Below, piece by piece: positions 29,264 to 39,994 of a stretch of 63,610 nt of DNA. Under the pieces are notes generated by a model, which was not told the DNA's origin, ran no database searches, and saw nothing but the letters and a program-made list of their open reading frames with translations. Source of the stretch: a virus. Its lineage: Duplodnaviria; Caudoviricetes. The stretch spans positions 1-63,610 of IMG/VR virus record IMGVR_UViG_3300010048_000010. One strand, 5' to 3'. A program made the translations under genes and the position numbers. Numbering within the stretch: position 1 is the first letter of the stretch; each line of letters begins with the position of its first letter.

Positions 29264-29805
29264 CTCAGAAGGCTCCCCCGTTCCCACAAGGGATTCCTGG
29301 TCAAGTATTGCAACCAGGAGAAAAGCCGGAACGCATCCGCACGCAGACCGATATTGAAAATGATGAAGTAGTACGTGGCATGCGTGAAGGCGTCGCATTC
29401 GTCGGCGGCGTGATGCTAGGCAATAAAGCGCCCGCCGAGCTAGCAGGGGCGGGTAATGTGGGGAAACCCACATTGGCACCCGGTGAAAACCCATTCAAGA
29501 AGAAGGAAGAAGTGAAACCGGTGGAACAGCCAGAGGTTATCACCGCGCCCGAAGGCACACCCGCGTGGGGCGACTTCGTCAAGTTTGTGATGAAGAACGG
29601 TGACCACATTATGCGAGTAGAGTACCCGAACCCACCAAGGAATGCAGACCTGGAGGAGTTCTTCAAAGGCAAACCGCGTGCGAATGAACAGCCTTGGAAT
29701 GTCATCGACACCCAGTGGAAAGGCATTCCGGTATTCCAAGGGGGAGCCGCACGGATCATGCACGATGTTTACGGGTGGGCGTCGTGGGAGGACTGCCAGT
29801 CATGA
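29260..29805 (+). CDS. hypothetical protein (181 aa)
   Basis: ATGA coupling to the DUF2829 gene; GGAGG RBS. Confidence 0.6.
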   Translation: MTQKAPPFPQGIPGQVLQPGEKPERIRTQTDIENDEVVRGMREGVAFVGGVMLGNKAPAELAGAGNVGKPTLAPGENPFKKKEEVKPVEQPEVITAPEGTPAWGDFVKFVMKNGDHIMRVEYPNPPRNADLEEFFKGKPRANEQPWNVIDTQWKGIPVFQGGAARIMHDVYGWASWEDCQS

Positions 29806-29891
29806 AATACCGACGCATATGGGCCATTCAGTTCACCTTCAGTGGATCATACTGGGTGACCGTGTACGAATGCTTTCGGAGGTAATGGGTC

Positions 29892-30515
29892 ATGTCCACA
29901 CGTGGATACAGTGGTGATAGCGAAGAAGGTCTCGCGCCGAAAGACTTAGGGGTGCCGGAGGACTTGGCGTGCGATGCCACATTTAGGGAGACCACCCCAA
30001 GGGGCACCCGGGCTGAGTTGATTGCACAGATGAATGCAGATAGGGAACAGCGACGGGGGAATAGAAGTGGGTCGCCCAATCGACTAGCACGGTACGACAT
30101 TGGGGCATCGGCCAAAGTATACGGACTGCGTGCGCTGGCCACAATTGTTGAAATCATGGAGAACGAAAAAGAAGCCGCACCCGTCAGGCTAGCCGCTGCG
30201 AAAGAAGTGCTGGACCGTGGGTTCGGCAGACCGAAGCAGATCACCGAGATTGGTGGGCTGGACGGAGACGAAATCAGGAACCGACTGGTAATCGAGTTTG
30301 TGGGAGTGCCAGCGAAGTCGAGCGCTGCGCCAGGTGAGTCATTGCAATCTAGAACCGAAGGAGTGAAAACTGCGAGCCAGGTAAGTGCCACTTGGGCTAA
30401 TCAGGTGGGTGAAGTCCTAGAAAATCAGCACAACGAGTTGGTGCGAGTTGTGGACGCGAACGAAGTGGCACTTCGGCCAGAGTTTGTGAGTGGAAATCCA
30501 TTTTCTAGAAAATAA
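29892..30515 (+). CDS. putative terminase small subunit
   Basis: ALATIVEIM......VRLAAAKEVLDRGFGRPKQ.TEIGG.DG..I helical motif typical of TerS-like proteins. Confidence 0.6.
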   Translation: MSTRGYSGDSEEGLAPKDLGVPEDLACDATFRETTPRGTRAELIAQMNADREQRRGNRSGSPNRLARYDIGASAKVYGLRALATIVEIMENEKEAAPVRLAAAKEVLDRGFGRPKQITEIGGLDGDEIRNRLVIEFVGVPAKSSAAPGESLQSRTEGVKTASQVSATWANQVGEVLENQHNELVRVVDANEVALRPEFVSGNPFSRK

Positions 30516-30677
30516 GCACACTAGAAAAACAGAGTTAGGGGTGAAAGGTACCCGGGTAAAAACAAAGAGGACCCGTGTTCGCTGATTTGGGGTGGTGGGG
30601 TGGTCTGGCCCCCGTTGGCCCGCACCAACTTTGTGCAGCGGGGCGGTATCACGCCCCGTTTTTGTTCAGTAAACAGT

Positions 30678-30887
30678 TCACCAATACTGCATCTCGAACG
30701 AGTGGAGTGAGTGCTTAATGCGCTGTTTCTCAGCCCATTCGCGCGCCTCAGTTTCGTTGGCTTCGCGGATATCCCATTCGCCATTAGGGCCAAATGGGCC
30801 GTCGATCATAGGCGGCTGTTCACGGCAATAATCGCGCACGACTCCATCCGCATTTTTAATCTTGAAGATAATCTGCCAGCATGCCAT
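30678..30887 (-). CDS. hypothetical protein
   Basis: 69 aa ORF with purine-rich upstream RBS. Confidence 0.4.
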   Translation of the reverse strand: MACWQIIFKIKNADGVVRDYCREQPPMIDGPFGPNGEWDIREANETEAREWAEKQRIKHSLHSFEMQYW

Positions 30888-31155
30888 TTTTCCGCCCCTT
30901 CAAATCGTTTAAGAGATTCCATTATGAGGGGATTATAGAAATCTAGCAACATAGGGAAAACCCTAATAGACGAAGTTTCTAAAATCCTATATTCGCGCGC
31001 AGCGCGCATTATTCCTTTCTCCAATATCATCCTATTAGATTTTGCTACTGATAGATATTCTTCATGTGCGAGCATTCGATATTTTCTTTAATATTCTTCT
31101 CATGCCAAGCGCAAGGGGCGCAAGGCAAAATCCGATCATTCAGGAGAGAATCAAA

Positions 31156-31722
31156 ATGGCAAATCGTCGCAATTCCCGCGCAGCGCAAGCCGCTGCAAAT
31201 ATGGCTCAATCCGCCGAAGCGCAAGCCGATGCAATCGTGAATCAAGCCGCGCTTGAAAATGCGCAAGCAATCGAAGCCGCTGAGCAAGCAATCGAAGCGC
31301 ATCAAGCCGAAGCCGCTGAGCAAGCGCCGCAAGCCGCGCAATTCATCGGCCCTTGGCCTTATGCTCAGCCGCAAATCGAAGCGCCTAGCGCCGATGATAT
31401 CGCCGCTGAAGAAAGCGCCGAAGCGGAATTCCAGCGCCTGCAACGCGAAGCCGATGCAAAGATCGAAGCGGCGATCATCGCGGCTCAGAATGCGCCTAGC
31501 GCGCGCAGCGGCGAGAAAAAGCCGTACATCCGTCAATCGTCGATCATTCGTCCGACGAAAGCCGTATGGGCAATCGCGGATGCAATGATCGCGCATGCGG
31601 ATGAAAACGAGTTGCCCCGGCCATCGCGCGGCGAAATTATCGCCCGATGCATCGCGCAAGGGATTGCAAGCGGTACGAGTGCGACTCAGTACCAGGCATG
31701 GAAAAAAGCTATGGGATATTAA
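31156..31722 (+). CDS. Ala/Gln/Glu-rich protein with C-terminal putative DNA-binding domain (family copy 1)
   Basis: CAGGAG RBS, ATG 31156; KAVWAIAD...GIASGTSATQYQAWKK. Confidence 0.7.
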   Translation: MANRRNSRAAQAAANMAQSAEAQADAIVNQAALENAQAIEAAEQAIEAHQAEAAEQAPQAAQFIGPWPYAQPQIEAPSADDIAAEESAEAEFQRLQREADAKIEAAIIAAQNAPSARSGEKKPYIRQSSIIRPTKAVWAIADAMIAHADENELPRPSRGEIIARCIAQGIASGTSATQYQAWKKAMGY

Positions 31723-31736
31723 AATGCATAGCTTTC

Positions 31737-31762
31737 AATGGGGCTTCGGCCCCATTTTTTTT
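31737..31762 (+). terminator. intrinsic terminator
   Basis: AATGGGGC-TTCG-GCCCCATT followed by a T run. Confidence 0.85.
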
Positions 31763-32224
31763 CGCCCGCACGATAGCTACAATCTATCGCAACTGCACTT
31801 CTGATAGCATTATCTCAAGCTCGATTAGAGCGCTTTAGAGCGGCTGGCATTCGCACCCATATAGGCATAAGGGGAAAGCCCCGCTAGGCCCGCCACGGGG
31901 CTAAAAATGGCCTAGATTTTGAAGTTTCGTTCTAATCCCCATGCGATAATCCATCCTTTCCGCTGCAAAGCTCTAGGGTACTCCCCTACTTGATAAATTC
32001 CGCAAAGCGTGATATGCGAGACAGGGTCGTATGCCGACCACGGCTTTCCGAACAAATTAAATACTTCCATACGTTGTTCGAGTGAAGTAAGCAGTTCAAT
32101 GTGTAAACTCATTTTAACCACCTCAAATATGTACAGGAATGAGTTGAGAACTTTTGTTTATTTACAAGTTCATTTTGGTTTGTTTATAAACGCGTGTGGA
32201 TCCACAGAAGTCTCAAAGTCAATT

Positions 32225-32647
32225 TCAAAACAGAGTCTGTTCAATACTCAAATACCAGCACAAAGCGTGAAACGCCTCGCGCCAATCTCGGAATAGCGCG
32301 TAGAGGAAACCTTGAGTTCGTACAAAATCTGCGAACTCCATTTGAGGAACACTTTGCTGACCCTTCTTGTTCTTCATTTCGATGTAGAAGCCATGGTATC
32401 CATGTCGAGCCACCGGCAAGAACAAGTCAGCAACACCCGGCTTGACACCTTCTGCTTTCATGTTAGCAGCAACAACTCGGTTACGGTCGCCACCATTAGG
32501 AATGGCGTGAAGCCAATGAAGTGCTAAAACATTAGAATCTTGTGAGTTAACCGAGTTAACCAATAACTGCGCCACAGCAGACAAAAGTGCCGCCTGTATC
32601 GAATGTTCACTCACACCTGCAATACTGTCTGGATTAGACATGTCCAT
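32225..32647 (-). CDS. VRR-NUC family nuclease (putative junction resolvase)
   Basis: EHSIQ...HAIPNGG.R...KAEGVKPGVADL...GFYIEMK...GQQS..Q. Confidence 0.85.
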   Translation of the reverse strand: MDMSNPDSIAGVSEHSIQAALLSAVAQLLVNSVNSQDSNVLALHWLHAIPNGGDRNRVVAANMKAEGVKPGVADLFLPVARHGYHGFYIEMKNKKGQQSVPQMEFADFVRTQGFLYALFRDWREAFHALCWYLSIEQTLF

Positions 32648-33132
32648 GGTTTTTACCTTCTCATCTTGTGTCAAAACTCACGTACTGTATAAAACTATTG
32701 TTGCAAGCCTAATGCCCGCTAGCCACAGGATTAGTTACCACATGATTCATGATCCCATCGCCACCCGCGTCCATCATACTTACTTCACTATGCCTACCAC
32801 TCTTCTTGTGCAGCAGACATAACTTTGTCTCGATTCTTGTTAATCTTGATATTGTAAATCCACACCCATCAATCACTGCCATTCAGTCTAACTTGCAATT
32901 CCGCATGGCTCGATTGATCGAAATGTACCACCACAATTCTCACATTATGTTCCATGTTGTGCCACCCAGATAAAAAAATAAAATAAAAAATAAAATATTC
33001 GCCGCGCGTTGCACCTGATCGGATAAATAAGCCCCCGCCTAATAGGCTGGGGGGCATTATTATTTAATCCGGGTGCGTGGGTGCCACTCCTGATTTATTT
33101 ATTCCACGCACGGCCATTTATTAATCTAAAAC

Positions 33133-35319
33133 CTATCTCCACAAGCACTCAACATTGCCAATCTCACCTTTCTGAAAGCATCCTTCCACCACGAGTTTGT
33201 CTAGCGCTTTCTTTAGGTTTTTGCGTTCATATTCGGGTGCGCTCTTAGCGGGCAACGCCATGACTGCTTGCTCCAAACGCCAATACTCAACTTCCCGTTT
33301 CCCCAATCCTTTTACCAGTTTATTATACTCGTTGATAATTGCCAACTGGCTCGCGCCACCCCATTTAGGTCGACCCCTTCCACCACCGCTCAATACTGAT
33401 TCTCTCTCACTGCGGGGTGGTCGATCCCCTCCATTCTGCCACGGTACTTCATTGTTGGCTTTTTCTTTCCGTTTACCTTTGCGTACTTCGCGCGGCTTCT
33501 CCTGAACATACGTATCGCCGGTGGCTTCATCGTGTACTTCTTCAGGCTCCCACAACTCGTGAATAGCCACAGAATTGGTGCCTAGCTGCGGTTTCAACTC
33601 GAATGAACCTTTGTCGCCCGACTCCCAATCCTTAACTTTCTCTGCTCGCCACGCGCGTCCAATTACTTTATCGTGTTCATCTGTCTCTGTATATACTTCA
33701 ATTACAGCATCGCATGCAGCCTTGAAACTACCATGACCGCGCATGGACTGATTCTCTTTCGACTTCGTTGCGTGGTGCACTGCTACTACCAGACTTCCTG
33801 TTTGCTGCTGTATCAGTTTCATCCCGTTGATTAACTGATTCATGTCACGGCTCGAGTTTTCGTCTGCGCCTTCACTCGCTTGGTTCAGCGTGTCCACGAA
33901 CACGACGCCTTCAAACCGTTTACCCGCGCGTTCGTTCAGTGCTGTACAAAATTGGGTGATATTTTGGGTGTTCCCCGGCATCATTGGCCGATTGAACTTT
34001 GGCTGTTCATTTTCCGCGCGCAAGCTAAACGGGCCATCGTAAAACGTTACTGAATCGGGGAAGTCTTGTCTATGCTGTTTTTCCCACGCAATCACGCGCT
34101 TTTTCAACCCACCGCTACCTTCGAGTGCTAAACATGCCACAGGCAATTGTGCAACTTTGCGCTTAAACCAGTTGACTCCACGCGCGATAGCGGCTATCAT
34201 GTCTATTGCAACAAACGATTTCCCTGCTCCACTTTCCCCATAAATGGCCGCTAGCCCGCCAATAGGCAAAAGATTATGGACAGCCCACGCTATATCTGGA
34301 CGCAGTTTGAGTTCACTGGCCGTGAAGAATGCGTTCAGGTATGGATTGCTACTCTGTCTTGCATCAAAAGTGCCGATTGGCGCGCTGTTGCCATTTAAAC
34401 CCATGTGGCTAGCAAAAGTGTTCTGCGTCGCCGCTTGCATCTGTGATACGCGCAATTCTTCTGCGTTTACCCACGCCTTGACTTTACCCAATGTTCTAGC
34501 CACATACTGCTGCCAATCTTGTTTGCGCATTAGGTAATGGGTGGCGCGCGGACTGCGCAAGAACATACGGATAGTGGCTCGGTCACGCTGTTCTGGACGC
34601 CACGCGTTGAATTTGTAATACAACTGCAGAAGTGCTGCGTCATCTTCACTGCGTCGCGTATAGTTTGGGTCTAAACAATCATCCCCATAAAACCAACGCT
34701 CAATCTTACTGACATTTGTGAATGTAGCGAACCACTGCAAACACTGGTCGTCGTAATAAAGTTCTTCTTCTGTAGGTGGTGAAGTCCAATCAATAAGTAT
34801 AGGATCAATTTGAACTCCGGGTCCACACCATTCTGCTGCATTATTCAACCAATCCGTGTATGCGCTGCTTATGGGCTGCGATTTAACTACATCGCCAGTC
34901 ATAACCATGAATCGTTCACGGCTATACAACTCAAATGGCGCACGCTTGCGCCCTGCTCCAATATCTCCGCGTACAATCGCGTGCATTCCCAAGCCACTCA
35001 TACTGCGTTCAATATAAGTGTTTAGGATTTCGTAAGTGCCGCGGATTTGTTCGAAGAATTCTGGATTCTGCTGTTTATTGTCCATATCCACAATAGTATA
35101 TGGATCTTCTGAGGACAAACAGTAGCCTATCCACATGCGGTTTTCAGCCGCATATGAATAGGCATCAGCAAATGAACTCCAGTTTCGAGGATCGGTTGGA
35201 TCGCCTCTATATCCGCTCAGGGTAAGCGGTGACTTGTCTTCTATACCCTTACAAACCATCCATTGCGGTCTAGCTTGTAACTCAGTCGGAATACTTAGCC
35301 AATCATCAGGATTCCACAT
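33133..35319 (-). CDS. primase-polymerase/helicase fusion (NrS-1-like prim-pol + AAA_25 RecA-type helicase)
   Basis: IP.EL..RPQW, DP..W, VDMD, TY.E.S.SG.GMH, ELYS..RF...TG; Walker A GESGAGKS, VFVDTL, VHH, RGHGS. Confidence 0.85.
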   Translation of the reverse strand: MWNPDDWLSIPTELQARPQWMVCKGIEDKSPLTLSGYRGDPTDPRNWSSFADAYSYAAENRMWIGYCLSSEDPYTIVDMDNKQQNPEFFEQIRGTYEILNTYIERSMSGLGMHAIVRGDIGAGRKRAPFELYSRERFMVMTGDVVKSQPISSAYTDWLNNAAEWCGPGVQIDPILIDWTSPPTEEELYYDDQCLQWFATFTNVSKIERWFYGDDCLDPNYTRRSEDDAALLQLYYKFNAWRPEQRDRATIRMFLRSPRATHYLMRKQDWQQYVARTLGKVKAWVNAEELRVSQMQAATQNTFASHMGLNGNSAPIGTFDARQSSNPYLNAFFTASELKLRPDIAWAVHNLLPIGGLAAIYGESGAGKSFVAIDMIAAIARGVNWFKRKVAQLPVACLALEGSGGLKKRVIAWEKQHRQDFPDSVTFYDGPFSLRAENEQPKFNRPMMPGNTQNITQFCTALNERAGKRFEGVVFVDTLNQASEGADENSSRDMNQLINGMKLIQQQTGSLVVAVHHATKSKENQSMRGHGSFKAACDAVIEVYTETDEHDKVIGRAWRAEKVKDWESGDKGSFELKPQLGTNSVAIHELWEPEEVHDEATGDTYVQEKPREVRKGKRKEKANNEVPWQNGGDRPPRSERESVLSGGGRGRPKWGGASQLAIINEYNKLVKGLGKREVEYWRLEQAVMALPAKSAPEYERKNLKKALDKLVVEGCFQKGEIGNVECLWR

Positions 35320-35344
35320 TGTCGTATGTCGGGTTGAGAGTCGG

Positions 35345-35557
35345 CTATACGTTGAGTTCCTTGCCGGATAGGCATTCGTACAGTCGTTCGATCTTGTCCA
35401 CGGCCGGGAATTTTGTTCCGTTGTGGCCGCCCTTCAGTGCCATCAACCACGGGTACCCAACATCCGCTTCTTTGCAAATCTGTGCGGCTCCCTTATCCGT
35501 GGTGAGTAGCAGTTCCATAGTTCTATCCAACAGCTTGCATCGCATATGAATCCTCAT
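35345..35557 (-). CDS. small HTH (Cro-like) regulator
   Basis: QICKEADVGYPWL...PAVDKIERLYE.L HTH-like pattern; upstream of the primase gene. Confidence 0.6.
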   Translation of the reverse strand: MRIHMRCKLLDRTMELLLTTDKGAAQICKEADVGYPWLMALKGGHNGTKFPAVDKIERLYECLSGKELNV

Positions 35558-35712
35558 ATCGTAAAAATTGCATCATAAGCCCTTTGAAAGCGTTTAGATA
35601 GGAATCTATTGCATTTGTATGAACAATCGATTGCTATCATCTGCGCTAGCCTATATTATATTAGATAAATAGCCGAGAATTCAAGATTGAACAGGATTCC
35701 TACCAAAAAAGC

Positions 35713-35741
35713 TTGCGCTGCCCTATATAATTTGCTAGAAT
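35713..35741 (+). promoter_or_regulatory. sigma70-type early promoter
   Basis: TTGCGC-17 nt-TAGAAT with TGn extension and an upstream A-tract. Confidence 0.65.
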
Positions 35742-35781
35742 ATAATTATTCGATCAATCGCGACTTTTCAGGAGATAAGCG

Positions 35782-36336
35782 ATGGAAGCAGTAGAACGCA
35801 CCATGATCCTCGACTGGATCAAGCGCAACAACCATCCTTGGGCACTCAAGATGCGCGACTCATTCGCGCGCTTTGGCTCGCTGACTGAGAATCAACTCAG
35901 CACGACTGCTCGAATCATGGAACAGGCAAGCCAACCGACTCCGCAAGCGCCTACTGAAGCGCTCGACATTTCGGCCATCGAATCCGCTTTTGCGCGCGCC
36001 AAGCTTGTTGTCAGGAAACCTAAAATGACACTCAAGCATTTCACCTTCAAATGCGCACCTGAACATGGCAAGAACCCCGGCGCGATCTATATCACGGACG
36101 CGACCAACGATAAATACCTCGGCAAGGTATTTCAGGGCCAGTTCAGCCTTTCGCGCGAATGCTCGCAAGAACAGTTGAGTGAGATTAAACACATCGCTGC
36201 CGATCCGAAACAAGCCGCTATTGCGCATGGCAAGGAGTGGGGAATTTGCTGCGTGTGCAATCGTACTCTTACTGATCCCGACTCTGTGGCAAACGGCATC
36301 GGCCCCATCTGCGCTGAACGCTTCGGCTGGAACTAA
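35782..36336 (+). CDS. DUF6011-like Zn-ribbon protein
   Basis: C-terminal CCVCNRTLTDPDSVANGIGPICA. Confidence 0.75.
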   Translation: MEAVERTMILDWIKRNNHPWALKMRDSFARFGSLTENQLSTTARIMEQASQPTPQAPTEALDISAIESAFARAKLVVRKPKMTLKHFTFKCAPEHGKNPGAIYITDATNDKYLGKVFQGQFSLSRECSQEQLSEIKHIAADPKQAAIAHGKEWGICCVCNRTLTDPDSVANGIGPICAERFGWN

Positions 36337-36348
36337 ACCAGAAAACTC

Positions 36349-36377
36349 TTGCATAAGCGGCGCAAGCCGCTTATAAT
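36349..36377 (+). promoter_or_regulatory. sigma70-type promoter overlapped by a perfect hairpin
   Basis: TTGCAT-17 nt-TATAAT; ATAAGCGGC-GCAA-GCCGCTTAT at 36353-36374. Confidence 0.7.
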
Positions 36378-36409
36378 ATCCTATATCTGAAATTTAGAGG
36401 GAGCAGGAA

Positions 36410-39400
36410 ATGAGCGCACACTACAGCCAAGACGTACGCGCTGGCGGGCCAACTCAAGTTCATCCGAACGATGAAACTGGTGGCATTCTTTGGTTCGATT
36501 GCAATGAAGTGATTGCAGATTGTGGACCCGAGGAATCCCACCAATTGCATTTGACGCGAATGCTTACTGAAGAAGAACACGACCAATTCGATATGCTACT
36601 CGGCGGGCATGGACCTTGCATGCTCACTGACGATGGCGATCGTTGGTGGATTGACTGCGGTGTTCTTACGAGCAGCGCAGCCGCTTATTTGTTGTCACTC
36701 AAAGGCTAAACAATGCCCCGTCCTACTTTAACTCTAAAAAGCGCACTCAACTTGAAATACTACATCATCTTCTATCAGGGACTCTTGTTGAACGGAGTCA
36801 AGGCAAAGGGTGTTCAAGACGCTCTGCGCAAACATCATCAGCAATTCGAACTTGGCAAGTACGTAGCAGTTGCCATTGCAGCCGATGCGAGCCATGAACA
36901 GCTCGACTACGCTCGTGTTCAATCGTTGCAGGAGCGCGAGGCATGACTTCCGATCAAGAACTTGAACGCAAAATGCTCGCAAACGAGCCGTTCACGCGCG
37001 CAGAGTTTGTGCACTGGATGGGACGGATTGCTGATGACTTCTACGCCAACGAAGGCTACGGCTATTGCGACGCACAAGGCACTGCCACCGGTTCACTCAC
37101 CTACACTGATCTTGTTGACGGCTTTGCAACCTACCTGAAGGAGAACTGCCTGTGATCCTCGAACTCAACGACGAAACGGCACTTGCGCTGCAACTGTTCA
37201 TCGAACGCTATAATCGCGGGCATTCGAAGCCGCTTGCTGAACTCCAAGTGCAATTGGAGAAAGAAGCGCGCATTTCGCAAGACCCGATGTTTGCGAACAT
37301 GCATGATATGGCCGCGCACTTCGCATTCGATACTAGCTATTCCGACTTCGAGGGGATGGCCGATCCTTTGGAGGTACTGAAGTTGTGCCGCAATGAGGGA
37401 GGAACATACGTATGGCAAGACATGCCGCTCGATGATCCCGCGCGCAATGAACTTAATCGCTCACTGTTGCTGCATTATCTTTACGAACGCGCCGATACTT
37501 TCGAATTGAGCGATCTTTCGTACAATGATGTTTGCAACTTTTGGGAGCTACTCATGATTACGACGCAATCGCGCCGATTCTCCCGAATCACTGACGATCA
37601 AATCAAGCTGTTGGAGCAAGAGCAATGAAAAGCTTACTTTTGGGCGCGATGCTAGCGCTATGCGCAAGCGCCGAAGTTGGCGCGCAGACCACAAACATCT
37701 ATATCGCACCTGGCTATCAAGGACCGAGCACAGTGGTGACCACAGCTGATATGATTCAGCGCATCACTCCCGAGCAGCAACGTGCGATGGACGCATTTGA
37801 CGACCACAACTTTGATCGCGCGATGCAAGAATACGACAAGATTCAGCAACACGTCTGCGATTCCGATCCCTACGTTTGCAACCGGTGGAAATAATATGTT
37901 ACATCGTGGCGGTGGCGGTAGCATTTTCGCCTTTGCAATCATCTGGATTGCACTGTGGTTAATGGATAAACGCAAAGAGCGTAAACAGAAGGAAAAAGAA
38001 ACCAAAAAACAAGTGAGCTAACAGGCTTTCTGCTATATAATTCTATTAAATCATATCAGGAGGGAAAGATGGAGAAGTACACGTTTGTACGGGTGCCGGA
38101 ATTGCCCAAATGCGACATTTGCGGCGAACCTGCACATTATGATGCGGCATCGCTCGACGGCCGTTGGGGCTACTTTTGCCAGCAACATTTCAATAGCCAC
38201 ACTCGGGGTAAGCTTGGACTTGGTGTGGGCCAGAAACTGATTCTCGACGCAGACAAACATGACAATCATTAAGAACTGGGAGCCATCTGCCAATTCGAAG
38301 AATTGGACGGATGTACTCAGGGATGCTTGCGAACTAAGCGGCGAAAGCGAACTCGATATGGGTGACGGCCGCTTGTTTACACTGATTCGAGATTTGCATC
38401 CAAGCGAAGTACTGCCGCTATCCGACATGGAAACGGCAATCGCTTGTGACCTAGACTTCGGTTATCGCACCATTCGCGTTGACCAACCCTTGGTACTAAT
38501 CGTACATCATTACCTCAATTCGCTGTACTAATCAATCCCGACAATTCAAGATAAACTTTTTTGACCAACAGGAGATAATGACATGGCATTCGCTGTAAAC
38601 GCTCAAGGCACACCGATTCGTTACATTTCTGGCGGGCGAGAATTGCGCCAATATCAGGGCTATTGGTATGTTCGCCTAACGGCGAAGGAACTGGAGGACT
38701 ATCCGGGTGTGAACTGGAGCGGCTACGTTCTTGTCCACAAATGGAAATGGTGGCTGAAACACGGCGAGTGGTTCGGCCAACACGAAGCGCGCTATCGATA
38801 CTTGGATGGCGATACCAACAACATTCGCATCACCAATATCTGCGTCACAGAAGTAGGAACCGGCGCATGGCTGTAATTGTTCAATTTGGGAACATCGGTG
38901 GGACGCATTCCGATCCCATCGTATGCACAAGTCGTACTACGGCCGCGCGGCTTGCGGCCAATCTAGCCTTTGTTATGGGAGGATATGTATCGACTGCACA
39001 TAAAGAAGCGCACTGGACGTTGGACGGAACGACCAAGCGTATCAACTGGGAAAACGCCTCAAGAACTTTTTTCATCGAAGTTAGACGACAAGAATGATAA
39101 AACCGCTTTCAGCCGCAGCAGTGCGGCTGTTTGGTCTCATTTCCGCGAATGCCGCAAAGCTTGGCTACATGCACCTGAACGTGCTTATTCGCTTGGCTAA
39201 TGTATCACGCTCTGAAGTAGAAATTGCGTTGATAGAACTGATGTCAAATGAATACGTGACTTACGATATTCCAACAATGCATGTTTATCTGGTTAGGAGC
39301 AAAAATGAAAAACGGAACAATCGGTTACCTCATTAAGCCACAGGAAGGGATTGTACAACGGGTGCGCTGCAACGATTGGCGCGATATCTACAAATGGATC

Positions 39401-39903
39401 GGCGCAGATACCTTTGACGCTTGTACCGTCACTGAACGTCGCGATGCGATTTATGTAGATGACGAAGGGTTGCTCAAGCAACAAAGTAACGATAACTTTT
39501 TTAAATGCGCTACTTATGATGCGCCCTTGGCTGGCATTGGCTTGATGCTAGGCACCGATGCAGAAGGCGACTCGGTAGCGCCTAGCATCCCTTGGGAGCA
39601 ATTTAAACAGATGGAGTTCGTCAAGCGCGCTTTCATGCTGAACGCAAATACCGCGATGTTGGCCGAATTTCGCTACCTGGATGAGATACTAAAAAGGGAA
39701 TAATCATGAAACGGACACCGGTTCAACTCTGCGCTATCGGCGAAAAGCAGCAACTTTGTGTACTAGCCGATGACGGAACCATGTGGTTACGGGTCGTACA
39801 TCCTGTTATAAACGGAGGAACGAAAACTCAGTTCGTAACTGAATGGAAACAGATTGATCCGCTTCCGTCTGATACTTCCAATCTGACCAAGATTCGTAAC
39901 TAG
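36410..39903 (+). other. cluster of ~13 small, tightly coupled early genes (36410, 36713, 36943, 37152, 37625 with signal peptide, 37896, 38069 Zn finger, 38259, 38583, 38867, 39094, 39305, 39706)
   Basis: Co-oriented short ORFs with RBSs and stop/start overlaps; mostly no recognisable family. Confidence 0.65.
39305..39703 (+). CDS. DUF3846-like protein
   Basis: IYKWIG...IYVDDEGLLK...PLAG.GL.LGTD.EGD. Confidence 0.7.
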   Translation: MKNGTIGYLIKPQEGIVQRVRCNDWRDIYKWIGADTFDACTVTERRDAIYVDDEGLLKQQSNDNFFKCATYDAPLAGIGLMLGTDAEGDSVAPSIPWEQFKQMEFVKRAFMLNANTAMLAEFRYLDEILKRE

Positions 39904-39910
39904 AAAACTC

Positions 39911-39973
39911 TTGCGTCTTGATTTATAATTCTCTATAATAGATTCATGGATCGGGCAATTCCGCCCGATCCAT
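39911..39973 (+). promoter_or_regulatory. sigma70 promoter with an 11-bp 5' leader hairpin
   Basis: TTGCGT-17 nt-TATAAT (39911-39939); ATGGATCGGGC/GCCCGATCCAT (39946-39973). Confidence 0.75.
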
Positions 39974-39994
39974 ACAGACTACTCAGGATAGAAA

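Noticed and set aside
35345-35780. Lysogeny switch (cI/cro) or prophage
   Set aside because: Only one small HTH gene; no integrase, partition genes or host flanks recognised
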